Of a stretch of DNA of 64,000 bases, positions 1 through 11,913 are shown piece by piece. How positions within the stretch are numbered: the first letter of the stretch is position 1; each line of letters begins with the position of its first letter. A program made the translations under genes and the position numbers. Below the pieces are notes generated by a model, which did not search any database, had not been told where the DNA came from, and saw only the letters and a list, made by a program, of their open reading frames with translations. The stretch comes from Vitrella brassicaformis CCMP3155. Lineage: Eukaryota > Protista > Chromerida. The stretch spans positions 372,001 to 436,000 of the forward strand of contig CDMY01000385.1 in assembly GCA_001179505.1 (NCBI GenBank), written 5' to 3'.

Positions 1-886
1 ACCAAGACGAAGCTGCCCGAGCCCCCGAGCTTCTGCCGTCGGACCGTCAGCTGCCGTGAGGCCCTCATCAACTCAGGCGAGAACCTGCGCCAGATCCACC
101 TCATTCTCGACCTTGACGCGACCCTGGTACGCGTATATCAAAAGGATTGTCCAATCCCCTCTCTCTATCGTTATGCGTGTGTGTGTGTGTGTGTGTATGT
201 GATTTCCTGCCTCTTGTCAGGTGCACGCCGACGCCGTTCAGGCCATCGCAGTAGAGAAGCGCCGTCCCGTGCCGGACGCCTACCAGGTGCGTCTTCCCCG
301 AAGGGTTTGGTTGAATGGGCACAAACCCTGGGGGGTTACAACTGTCTTCGTTGTATCAGGCTGACGACCCGCCCCCGCCCCTGTTCCAGCCGGCATCGCG
401 GCTCAAGCGCCTGTCACCCAGCAAGAGAGTGGCCGGCAAGGACGACGACGGTGCTGCCGTGGCTGCATCGGGGGGCAAGGCGAAGACGCCCCGCGATGTG
501 CTCGAGGAGGCCGAGGCGAGGCTCATCTCCAAGAAGGTGGAATTCTTCGCAAAAGGCGCGTACGTCGACCGACTGGTGAGAGAGGGAGAGGGAGAGGGAG
601 ATGGAGGGATCATGTGTTGGATGAATATTATTGCGTTCTCTTTGCCTCAGGTGGAGTATCAGCTGTTTGTGCGTCCTGGCGTGGTGGAGTTGCTGCAGGA
701 GGTGAAGCGTACACAGAGCAAGCAAGGCAATCGTGTGTGTACTTACGTGTGTTGTGTCTGCGCGTGTGTGTCTGCGCGTGTGTGCAGGCGTTCCAGTGCC
801 GTCCTGGCGACCGCGGGTTCTTCAAGGTCCACATCTGCACACTCGGCAAGGAGGCCTACGCAAAGGTACGTGGGGACCACCACACA

Positions 887-920
<34 letters not shown>

Positions 921-2465
921 ACTGGAACATCCCTCTCTCCCTGCCTCCCTCCCTCTTTCAACACATGTCTGTGTCCCTCGATGTCTTTCCGTCAGGCCAT
1001 TCAGAAGACACTCGAGGACATGATGAGTGAGACAGCGCCCAATACACACTTGCCTGCCTGCACTAGTGGAAGGACACATGGGTGTGGTGTGGTGCAGGAG
1101 ACGCCGGTGTGCGCGACTTTGTGTTTGGCGAGTTGGTGGCGTACGAGCACTTCGAGCGGCACCACAAGATTCAGAATCTGCGGTCCACCTACTCCAGACC
1201 GTCCCCCGTCTACAAGAAGCTGTAAGTAAGGCACACTCTGACTGACACCGACACACGCCACGCCAGACAGCGAGACACATACACACGCGCACTCACCCCA
1301 CCCTGCACGTGTCTATGGATGTGTGTGTTGTGTGCAGTGCGGTGTTGGCTGAGAAGCTCAAAATGAAGCTCTATGACCTCCAATGCAACGCAATCATCCT
1401 CGACGACTCGCCGGGCGTGTGGATTGAGGATTTCGCGGTAGGTAAAACTGACTGACGAGCCAAAACATCCCACCCTGCCGCACATTCTTGGTTGTGTGTC
1501 ATTCAGCATGTGGTGCCGTCGGTGCGTTGGTGTCGCTGGCCGAGTGATTTCATGAGCCGGCATCTGGCCTGGGCCATCGAGGCGGACCCACCGCACACAC
1601 AATACGTCACCGACAGACAGCTATACACGTGAGCGACCCAGCGATACACACACATCTATCTATCCATCCATCCAAGCCACCCATCCATCCGCCCTCTGTG
1701 GCTGCTTTGTCCCTCAGGTTTACTGAGTTGCTCAAGGAGGCTCGGACACATCTGTTAGCCTCCCTCTGTCCACACCTGCATGGCCTCATCACTGGATGGT
1801 TTAATTAGGTTCGCGCCCGGCGGCAGCTGCGCCATCACAGCCCTCAACCGCTCCATCAGCACACACATCAACCTCACCATGACCGCACCCGAAGTCCCCG
1901 AAGGTCAGTCAATCAATCAATCAGTCAGTCAGTCCCTCCCTCTCCGTCCATCCACCCTCGTCCCCTTCTCTTTGTATGTGTTCACATGCAGGTATGCGGG
2001 CGGTCCGTTTTGCCTTTCCCGAAGGATTCGAGTCGACGAGGGATCGCAAGGCCCTCAAAGAGTGGTCAGTCATGGCATGCCTCCTTCAGCGCGCACCCCA
2101 ACGCAGCAGCCATGTGTGTCTGTGGCGCATACAATGTCTGGCTGCAGGGTGCAGAGCCTCATCGAGCGCTATGGCGGAGGAGTCGTCGCGGTCGAGAAGC
2201 ATGGTATTATGCCTGACCCCCCCACCGCCCCACCAGCTGACACGTGTATTTATGTGTGTCTCTTGTTTCTCTCTGTCGTGCAGCTGACATTGTCCTGCAC
2301 GGTGACTACACTGGCCATGGGCGGCTCCGTTGGACCTCTACTCGCTCCGAAACTGCCCACGGCCGGCCGACGGTGTCGGCCCGCGACATCCACCTGGCGC
2401 TCACCAGCTTCACGACCCTGCCCGCCGTCCAGGCTGTCATCGACGGGGTGCAGAGGCGTGACTGA
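1..2465 (+). CDS. FCP1/SCP-like (NLI-interacting factor, HAD family) phosphatase, multi-exon, 5' end outside window
   Basis: Spliced translation gives HLILDLDATL|VHA (DxDxT motif I), QLFVRPGVVELLQE, FKVHICTLGKEAYAK and AIILDDSPGVW. The C-terminal exons (LIERYGGGVVAVEK...ADIVLHG) resemble a BRCT region. Stop at 2463-2465. Confidence 0.8.
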
Positions 2466-3364
2466 GTAAATGTAATGTGTTGTGTGTTTGTACGTTGGAC
2501 GTCATGCATGTATAGGGGAGAGGACTTTCCCACCGACTGACCGACTGTGCGTGTGCGTATGGATCGAGTTGGATTGAACTGCAATGGATTGATCTGATAT
2601 ATCAGTCAGTCTGTCGTTCGTTCGCCTACCTACCGCACGGCACGGCACGCAGCCATGACACAAACATCCAAAGCATCCATCCATCCATCCATTCACACAT
2701 GCAGAGCAGACAAGGGGCCACAGCCAGCCATCAAACAACAACAAATGCAGCCAGTCCCACGCCACTCATCGATCACATGAATGGCTGCATCCATGGATGG
2801 CCACACAGGCAGCCAGGCAGGCAGGCAGGAAGGCAGTGTCGTGCACGTCGCCAGCTACAATTGATATCCGACGGACGGGGGGAGGGGGGGCCCTTGGTAG
2901 CGCTCTGTCCTCGTGCGTCTGTTTTCCCGCCCAATTATCTGTAGGTCTGTCTGTCTGTCTGTCTACCTCTCTCTTAAACTGATTCCAGCCACGGCAAACA
3001 GACACACGGCATGCAGGCAACACGAAACGCGCAGACAGACAGGCATCTGTGGGCATCATGTCATGCATACACACACACATCACATCGGTGGATGGATTCG
3101 CTATCTCTCTCTCTCCCTGCCACTCTCGCACTCCCTCCCTCCCTCCCGGTATCGTATCTTGCCGCCCGCCATGCCGCCCGCACACAGCCTCTAATCCCTT
3201 TATCCATTCAGCCATGCAGCCATCCACCATAAGCTGCACCAACAGGGAGCACACACACACACGAAGATTGTATGGGGCACATTCTTCGTTTTGTTGTATG
3301 TGTGCGTCAGCTTCGTACCGTGTGTATGTGTGAAGGCCATCCCATGCACTACCGTATCCTCCTC

Positions 3365-5859
3365 TCAGCAGCACATGCACTGCTTGCACAGCGGACCACA
3401 GAAATGTAAGCAATGGCATGGTGTGGTGCGTCTCTCTCTGTCTCCCTCCGTGTGTGTGCTGCATGGCTTACCTTCTTGCCGCGTCTCTGGCGGGCAGGGG
3501 GCTCGTGCATCCCACGCCGCCCGGCCTCGCCGAACTCTGTGGTCACACACACGTACATCCAGGCACACAGACAAAGATGGCTGTCTGTTTGTCTCTGTGA
3601 TGTTTTGTGTGTGGGTGGGTGGGTGGGTACGTTGTGTGGTGTTGAGTGTGAGCCCCTGTGCGGGTGGGTACGGCGACTCCTTCTGAGGGAGGTAGCCCTC
3701 GGCGCCGAACTGCAGCTGGTTGGCCTGCTCGGCCGACATCTGCTGCACCTTCATCGTGATGTAGCCCTTCGACACGCGCTTGCTAGTCGGCTGAAACAAC
3801 CCTCTGGCAAAGGAGGCAGAGAGGAGAGGAGGGGAGCGCGTGTGTTGTGTTGTCTTGTGTTCCGTGGCGTGTGGGGCCGGTGGTTGGGAGTGCGTGTGTG
3901 GCGCACAGCCTGCCCTGCCTACCCCTCAGAGTAGAGGGGGTAGGTGCGTTCGACGCCCAGCTGGGGGTCCTGCCACTTGAGGTCCACCGAGGTCGAGCCT
4001 ATCGTGTCGCCACGGAAGAAATCCTAAGGCCAGACACACACGCGGAGAGAGAGATGGGAGGAGTGACGCCGTGGGTGGGTGGATGGATGTGTGTGTGTGT
4101 GTGTGGTGCAGGTACCTGTTCGATGACTTTGATGAAGAGTTGGTTCTCCCCGCTGTAGGGCATGATGATCTTCTCTGATGGATGGACCAACGGACGGACG
4201 GACGAACGCAAACGTGACATTCAATGCGTGTGTCGTGTATGTGTGTGTGGGCGTGTGTGTGGGATACGGTATCTGAAGTCGCAGTCGTCGAGTCTGGGGT
4301 CGCGGGTGCTCTTGACCGCCTGGGCCGGACCCACCTTGTACTGCTCACTGACAGACACCACAAGACACACACACGACAGAGAGAGATGGATGGATGGATG
4401 GCTGGATGGATGGAGGGCGACGCGAGTAACCCTTGTTTCTCTCTGTCTGTCTGTTGTGTGTGCATGTGATGTGGTTCTTTCTGTGCCTGGCGATTTGGTT
4501 GTCGTTGAATCCGGCCACGATGAGGTATTCGCTGCGGCCGAACTCAATCCCGAAACGCGGCACCTCCGTCAAACGACCTACCGTCAACACCACCTACACA
4601 TAACACAATACGACACAAGACAACCCAACACAAGACAAGACACGCAGTCGTATGCACACTGTGGTGAGTGAGTGTATGTCTCTCTCTCTCTCTCTCGTCC
4701 CTCTCCCTCTTGCTGTGTCGGCTTGGCTGCTTTGCTAGCTGTACTTACCACCTGTCCGTAGACCGAGGCGGATCCTGCAGAGCCGTAGCTATACAACTGC
4801 TGCACACCGTAGCCTGATCACACACACATCACACACGACACGACACGACACGACACGCGTACACACGAGGCCCCCACCATCACCTCATCCCTCCCACCCC
4901 ACCCCGTCCCATCTGATCCATCTGATCTCATCTCTCTCACCTACCTTCAGCGGGTGGGTATGGGCTGGTGTAGGTCCCATACAGCCCCTGGCTGGTCCCC
5001 GGTGCCGCGTAGGTTATCCCCGCCCCTCCCCCATACCCCCCCGCAGGTGTGTAGAATGACGTGGTGGCGGGCGCCGCCACGTGGAAACTCTGGGTGGCCG
5101 GTGCCGCCGGGTACACCGACGGCCCCACGGCAAACGACATGCTCTGCGGCAAGTTGACACCCTGCGGCGCGGCAGACGTGTAGTACGTCTGCCCGCCCAC
5201 ACCGCCCACACCCACACCCGGGGCGGCCGTGTAGGTCTGCCCGATGGCGAATGAGGCCGCGTGTGGGAGTGCCGTGTAGGTGAGGTTCTGTGTACCCAGG
5301 GGCTGGGCCGCCTGGTACCCAACCGCCTGGGGGACCGACGGGTATGTGTACGATGCGGGTGCCTGCGCCGTGGGGTTGGCGTAGGTGTAGTAGGGGGCCG
5401 TCGCGGGGCTCGTGAGGTTGAGGCCGGCGTACGGATCCGCCGAGGCGCCAACCGGCGTGCCAACCGTGCCACCAATCACACTCCCCTGCATGGACACAGA
5501 GAGCATTCAGAAAAGGCGGAATATGTTCTGTTTCTGCAATTTTGGTGGTGCGTTGCGTTGCTCACCGAGAAGGGGGGGTTCTGCGAATACGAGTAGTTCT
5601 GCGAGTACGAGTACGGAACCTGAGAATACGGGTCAGAAGGCTGCAAAACAGGACCACAGAGCCCAGATGCACCATCATGGACGACCCACCGCCCATCCTC
5701 TGCTCTCACCGATGCGTATGAGACGACTGTGCCGGCAGGGTAGCCCGAGGGCGCCGCGAGGGTCTGAGCTCCGTACACGGCCTGCCCCCCCGTCACCACC
5801 TGGGGCGCCACAGTCGCCGGGGCGGCCGCGGCAGCCGCGGCTCCACCAGATGCATCCAT
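3365..5859 (-). CDS. C2-domain protein with Pro/Ala/Tyr-rich N-terminus and C-terminal basic + Cys cluster, multi-exon
   Basis: Exons join as VVLTVGRLTEVPRFG...YLIVAGFND...QYKVGPAQAVKST...IIMPYSGENQLFIKVIEQ|DFFRGDTIGSTSVDLKW...KGYITMKVQ, a C2 beta-sandwich pattern. ATG at 5859. Last exon (Q)CMCC-stop at 3365. Confidence 0.7.
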
Positions 5860-6024
5860 CACAGCTACACTCACAACCTGAGAGGGCAAAAGGGATGAAA
5901 TACGGTCGCCTTGGTGTGGATCTGGCCCCTGATGGTGTGTTCTGCTGACCTATGGCGTCAAAACGCTTTCTCTTCAGCTTCAACTCCTGCGAGCTCGAGC
6001 GAAGCTGGCCAGAGTTGGGCTGGC

Positions 6025-8525
6025 ATGAAGCCTTTGATGGCGAAAGCCTCAGGAGCTGTCGCCAGCTCCCAGAAGGAGCAGCCGCAGCAGCAGCCGCCCG
6101 CCATCTCCACGCACGGATCGCATCCCACCACGTTTCCACCCTTTTTCAGCACCACGATGGCCGCCAGCGCCCAGCCCAACGGTCCCAACCCCCACGGACC
6201 TACCAGCATCACGGCCGCGCTCCGCATGCCCATGGGCGTGCCCATCCCTCCCAACACCGGACAGGTGGCTCGGTACGGCTCCGGCGCCCCGTATCCGGTC
6301 TACGCACCCATCGGCGGCCCCTACCCGCCGCCCTACATGGCCATGGCAGGGGTGGCAGCCGCCCCGCACCGGCCACCAGCACCCCACACGGGATCTCTGA
6401 GTTTGTCGGCTGTGCAAGGCGCTGGGCAGGGCCAGGGGACGGCCAAGGGGGGCGCATCTGCGGTGGTGACGGGTAGTACGACGGGCGCTGGCCATGGTGC
6501 AGGTGCTGCATTGGGTAAGGGGTTTGTGGCGCCGGCTGCTAGCGGTGTGGCGAGGGAGGGCAAGAAGGGCGGCTCTGTAGGTGCGGGTGTTGGGTCCGCT
6601 GCAGCAGCTGCAGCTGTGGAGGTTGGTGTGAAGGCGGGCCCTTCGTCGTCGATGGGTGTTGGTGCTGATGCTGGTGTGGGTGTGAAGGGCGGTAGTCTTA
6701 AGGATGACCAGCGTCTGGGTGCGGTGCAGCAGATGCAGCACCAGATCGGGCGGCTGCAGAGCATGTTGAAGGAGCAGGAGAACTATAGCCGACACGTAAG
6801 CTGAGGAGAGAGAGGAGGGATGGGATCCGTGAGGGAGGGAGGATGGGACAACCCATCACATCATGATATGTTTGTGGCGTGTGTGGGTGTTGTCTGTGTT
6901 GTGTGTGTGTGTGTTCAGTTGCAGGGCCAGATAGCGCAGATGCAGCAGACCCAGCTGGAGTCCAACCAGAGGGAGATGCAACTCAAGTATAGAGCTGACG
7001 CAACACCCCCACTCATCCCACACCGCCACTTTTCCCGTTTTGATTTCCCCCTCTCTCTCTCAGGGCTGCGTTGGCGGAGCAGAAGCGCAAGACCCAACAA
7101 CTGCAGGCAAGGAAGGCACAACCAACACGCCACTCCACATCAACACAACACACCGCTTCACCTCCTCCCCATTCATCCATCCATCCACTTACTTGTTGGA
7201 TGTGATGTGTTGTGTTGCGCCTCCTGCCTGGGCAGGAGTCGTATGCGGAGATCCAGTGCCACATGCAGGCGGCGCAGCACCACATGGAGATCGTCCCCAA
7301 CCCGCCCCACGGCATGGGTGGCGGCCCCCCACCCCCTGACATCCGCGAGACCCGGGACCGTGAGACCGCCGAGCAGCAGCAGCAGGTGCCCCGTGTGCGG
7401 CGATCCAGTGGGGTGGGGAGCGGCGTGGGTGTGGTGCACCATCGTCGCCAGAGCAAGGGGCTGTTCCAGAACTCCACACTGGCGACGGACGCTAGACTGA
7501 GGTGAGGCGACTGACTGACTGATGTGCAAGAGGTGCTGGTCAGTCAATGGTCATGACACGTTGCATTCAATGCATGTGTGGCTGCACTGCAGGACTCGTG
7601 AGCGTCAGGGTTTGATAGCTGAGGGGACACCCAAACACCCTTACATAGCCGAGGCGGTGAGAGAGACAAGGGCAGCCAGGCAGGACAGGACAGGAGGGAT
7701 GGCCAGGCGACCGACCCACAACATCTGCATGTTCCTGCGGTTGTGTGTGTGCCATTAGGACGACGAGATCGACCAGAAGTTGGCCAGCTTGTACAACGGA
7801 TTCGGTCACACAGACAAACCACAACACACAAGAAATACAACACACACACATGGACGGGGCGGGCGCAGAGACATACAGAGACATGTGTGTTCTGTGTGTG
7901 TATTTCTCACTCACATGCCAATGCACTGCAATGCCATGCAGCTGCTGAGGTGCCGTTCTACCGCATCAACAAGGGCCTCTACATCTACGGCACCATGGAG
8001 GTCACGCTCGACGTCAAAAACAACAAACTCTTCGGTCGGTCGCTAGACACGCACACACATCATGACATGATGCCCAGCCAGCCCATGCCCTCCCCCCTCC
8101 CTCCCTCCTCCTCAACAAAGAGAGAGCGTCACACGACGGCGCGCGCGCGCGCGCGCGTGTGTGTGTGTGCAGTCAAGAAGGAAGACTGGAACCACGGCAA
8201 GTTCGCTGACTTGGAGCGTTTCCTGTCGGTGTTCGAGCCCCAGGAGAGGACCAAAATGCCACTCGCTGACATGCCGCGACACACACCTGGTAGGCACAGG
8301 CAGAGGCAGGGGCGGGCAGGCAGGAAAAACCTATGCATGAGTGACAGAACAGACAGACCCCACACACATCAAGATGAGGGAGGACACACTTGGAATGCAT
8401 GTGTGTTACGTGTGTGTGGACAATCAGGCATGCGGGGCGGCTACCATCCCCGTGAGGATGACGACGACGAGGGCGAGGGCGTCGAGCAGGTCATCAACGC
8501 CTTCAGCCCCACCGGGCAGCAGTAG
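6025..8525 (+). CDS. Low-complexity/coiled-coil protein with C-terminal GAS2 (GAR)-like domain, multi-exon
   Basis: Pro/Gly-rich N-terminus and Gln-rich coil, then spliced DDEIDQKLASLYNGFAAEVPFYRINKGLYIYGTMEVTLDVKNNKLFVKKEDWNHGKFADLERFLSVFEP, which matches the GAR pattern by eye. Start codon uncertain (in-frame ATGs near 5932, 6025 and 6157). Confidence 0.6.
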
Positions 8526-9877
8526 ACAGACAGACAGACACCTAGATGGATGGATGGCATACCACACCACACCCAGGTTGAGAGAGAAAGAGAGACAGAG
8601 ACACGAGGCGTAGCTACGAAGGATATCTGACTGACTACTTGCGGGGTGGCTGGGCGGCTGGCTGGCTGGCTGAGTGGGGGTAGCTTTGGCACAGCGCGCA
8701 CGGCACGGTGGAAGATCGATGGGGATGCATTGCGTGACGTGTTTTAACCATTGCGTGAGAGCGGCTGGCTGCGGTTGGGTGGCTGGGTGGGCGCGTGACT
8801 CGCTAGGTGTCCATGTGTGCGCACATGCATGTGAGTGGCGGTTTTCGTGTCTGTGTGGCGCATGTGAGTGTGCGTGGCTGACGAACGAACGGATGACTTA
8901 AAGATGGTCCTCACCTCACACACACCACACCACACCAAGTGTCACTCACATATATGCAGCCCCACACAACACAAGAAAGCGATGCACGGCCATGGGCCCT
9001 CACATCAAGGGTAGGGTGGCGTGCCACATGTCGTGTCCGTCCATGTGTCAACACGTACGAACCCTTTCAGACCCACAATGGATGGATGGATGGATGGAAC
9101 CGAACCACATGCGATGCGCACACACGGCTGGAGCACTCACTCGAGAATAGACCCGTAGACCTGTGTGTCGCGGTCAGAACGGTCGTGTCAGTGGTAGGTG
9201 CGAAGGTCACATACAGACAGACAGAAGCGTTAGCTATGGCATAGTTAGTGTACACTCATTCACTCACTCACAGCACTCGGTCAACCCACTGACCGATAGG
9301 ATAGGTGGACGGGATGGATGCACAACGAAAAAGACGACAGACGTCTATCTACCTCAGATGTCGAACAAGAGAGAACATCTGAGCTCTGACCTGGTCCTGT
9401 GCCGACCTCCCTCCCCTCCTGGCTAGTTGTCCTGTGTGTGACTCAGCCGCACGCTGGCCTGACTGTAAGCGCGCTCAAGGCCTACAGCCAGAGTGTGTGT
9501 ACGAGACGAAACAACAGCCAGCCACCCCACCGATGGATGGAAGGCAGCAGAACACGCAGGCTTGTTCACTCACTCACTCGCTCACTCACACGTCGTACTT
9601 AAACCGCCAGGTGGGGTGGGCTGGGCTCTCCCCCCCTCCTCTCTCCGCCCGCGCCTCTCTCCGCCCGCGCCTCTCTCTTACACACCACACGACGAAAAAC
9701 ACAGGGATCTCTCACCACCCATCCCATCCCATGCACACAACGAACGTACTGCCATCAGCACAACGAAGGCTTGACCTCCACGCACTTCCTTCCGCTCCTT
9801 CCTCTCCTCTCGTCTCCTCTCTCAATCTACCTACCATGCATCTTTTGCACACGCCACTCCGGCCCGACACCCTCTGT

Positions 9878-11148
9878 CTACTCATCCAGGACGTCAAGCA
9901 CGTCAGTCAGGGTGCCCTGCCCTCTGCGGGTGTCTTTGTTCGGTGCCTCCTTCTTGGGCGCCTCCTTGGTCTCCGTAGGGGCCTTGGCGCTCTCATCCTT
10001 CTTCTTCTTGTCAGACAGCTTGGCGGCCTCCTCTGTCTTGGTCTCCTCCTCTGTCACGACGGGAGCAGCCGCGACGGCCTCAGGCTTCTTCTCCTCTTCT
10101 GGCAGCTCTTCCTCCTCCTCCATCTCTTCCATCTCCTCCATCTCCTCTTCTTCTTCTTCGACAGCGATGGGAATGCTGCGTGCCTCTGGCTCGGGCTCGG
10201 CGGGGGTCTTGTTGAGGGTGATGCGCAGGATGCCGTCGCGGAACGAGGCCGAGATGCCCTCCATATCCACATTGCTGCAGGCAAGAAGGCAAGGCAAGGC
10301 GAGACAAGATGGATTAGATTAGGGGGTCTGGGTGTGTCGAGTCGTGTTGGATGCGCTCATGCTCAGCTCACTCAGGGAGTCTCCAGGATCGTGAGAATTT
10401 GCCGTATGACCGCTCCTGAGTCATGAAGCTCACGCCTGTGCGGGTCTCGGCCTTGGTCTTGTGGCCCTCGACCTTGAGCACGCCCTCCTTGACCGTCACC
10501 TTGGCATCCTCCTTGGCCACACCTGCAGGCAGGTCGAACCAACCGTCATAAGCTGTGACTGACATGATGCCCGTCGGTCTGTTGTGAGTCAGTGAGTGGG
10601 CCGGGTGACTCGATTCGATTCAAGTCACCTGGCAGCTCTGCGTCAATGATGTACTCGTCATCTGTCTGCAGGACGTCCACACGAGGCGAGAAGTCAGCCA
10701 TCGACGTGCGGTACGGCTCGAAACCAGTCGACACTGCACACCACCCCACCACACACAGACCGACACACGCACTGTAGACTACGTGTCGTTTTGTCTTGTT
10801 GTCTCACTGGATGTGCTGACCTCTGAAGATGTTGTCGAGCTGCTTGCGCATCCTCGACATGTCCCTCTCCACCGATGGGTCAATGAACACATCACAAGGA
10901 CCTCGTGATCTTGAGGAGGAGCCCCGTCGTGCTCCCCGGTGATGCCTCGACGAGTGGCGGCTTCGGTCCCGGTAGCAGTCGAGCGATGTCACGGCCACCG
11001 CATCGATGTCGGCATCTGCTGCCCCAGTCAGCGCCCTCTGCAGGTGCCTGTGCCCACTGCTGAGGAATCGTGCTTGTACAGGGCTGACAGTGAATGCATC
11101 GACCTGCGTCGACGCAAGCAGCAAGAGAATGCAATTGATAGCGAGCAT
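9878..11148 (-). CDS. HSP20: Small heat-shock protein (alpha-crystallin domain), probably plastid-targeted, 4 exons
   Basis: FSPRVDVLQTDDEYIIDAELPG|VAKEDAKVTVKEGVLKVEG...QERSYGKFSRSWRLPE|NVDMEGISASFRDGILRITLNK. N-terminus MLAINCILLLLASTQVDA-F is a signal peptide followed by Phe and a Ser/Arg-rich transit-like segment. Confidence 0.9.
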
Positions 11149-11913
11149 TTCAGAGACGGAGATCTGCGCGATTAGCTCGCAGGGAGAGCTCACAGCGGTT
11201 TTACGGGGAGATGGTTAAGGGGGAGAGGAGGAGAGAAGCGGCCCATCACACACCTGCCACAGCGGCTGCAAGACAACAGAAGACAAGACCACGGCTGGCC
11301 TTCTGCTCACTGGGATCCGGCCGAATGGGAACGCACAACGACTAGAGCGGACGTCGTCGTCTGCCGTGGTGGAGTGGCCCTCTCCGACAGCCATCTGCAG
11401 CGCGGCACGCTGATCTCCGCCCCAGCGTCATCCCCCACTGTCACGTGCCCATTTTTACGTCGATTTTTGCCGAAATCGACTTGGAGAGAGGTGCGTCCGT
11501 ACGGAAGGAGAACACACACGACCCGCCACCGGCCGTTCGAATCCGCGGGGGTATGATCGGCAACCCGCTGACTTGGCGTCTTTTTGGGTAGACTGACTGA
11601 CAGCTGAACAAACGACCGGATCACCTTGGATTGGAGGGACATCCTGTCGGCTCGCTCACTGAGGAGGTAAGGTACCTGACCGCAAACAGCCAAGCAGCGT
11701 CGCGAGTGGCGGCACTTGACGAAGGAGGAGGAGGGTCTGTTCCGCAAGTCTTGAGCGCTCCCCTTGCCTGTCCATCCGTTGATGGCCTCTGGTAAACCAC
11801 ACACACAGCTCGCCGGGATCCATGTGGATGATACACGTTAGTGAGCTTCATGTTCTGCTCCCTCCCTCCCTCCCTCCCTCCCTCCGTGTGTGTGTGTGTG
11901 TGTGTGTGTAGGC

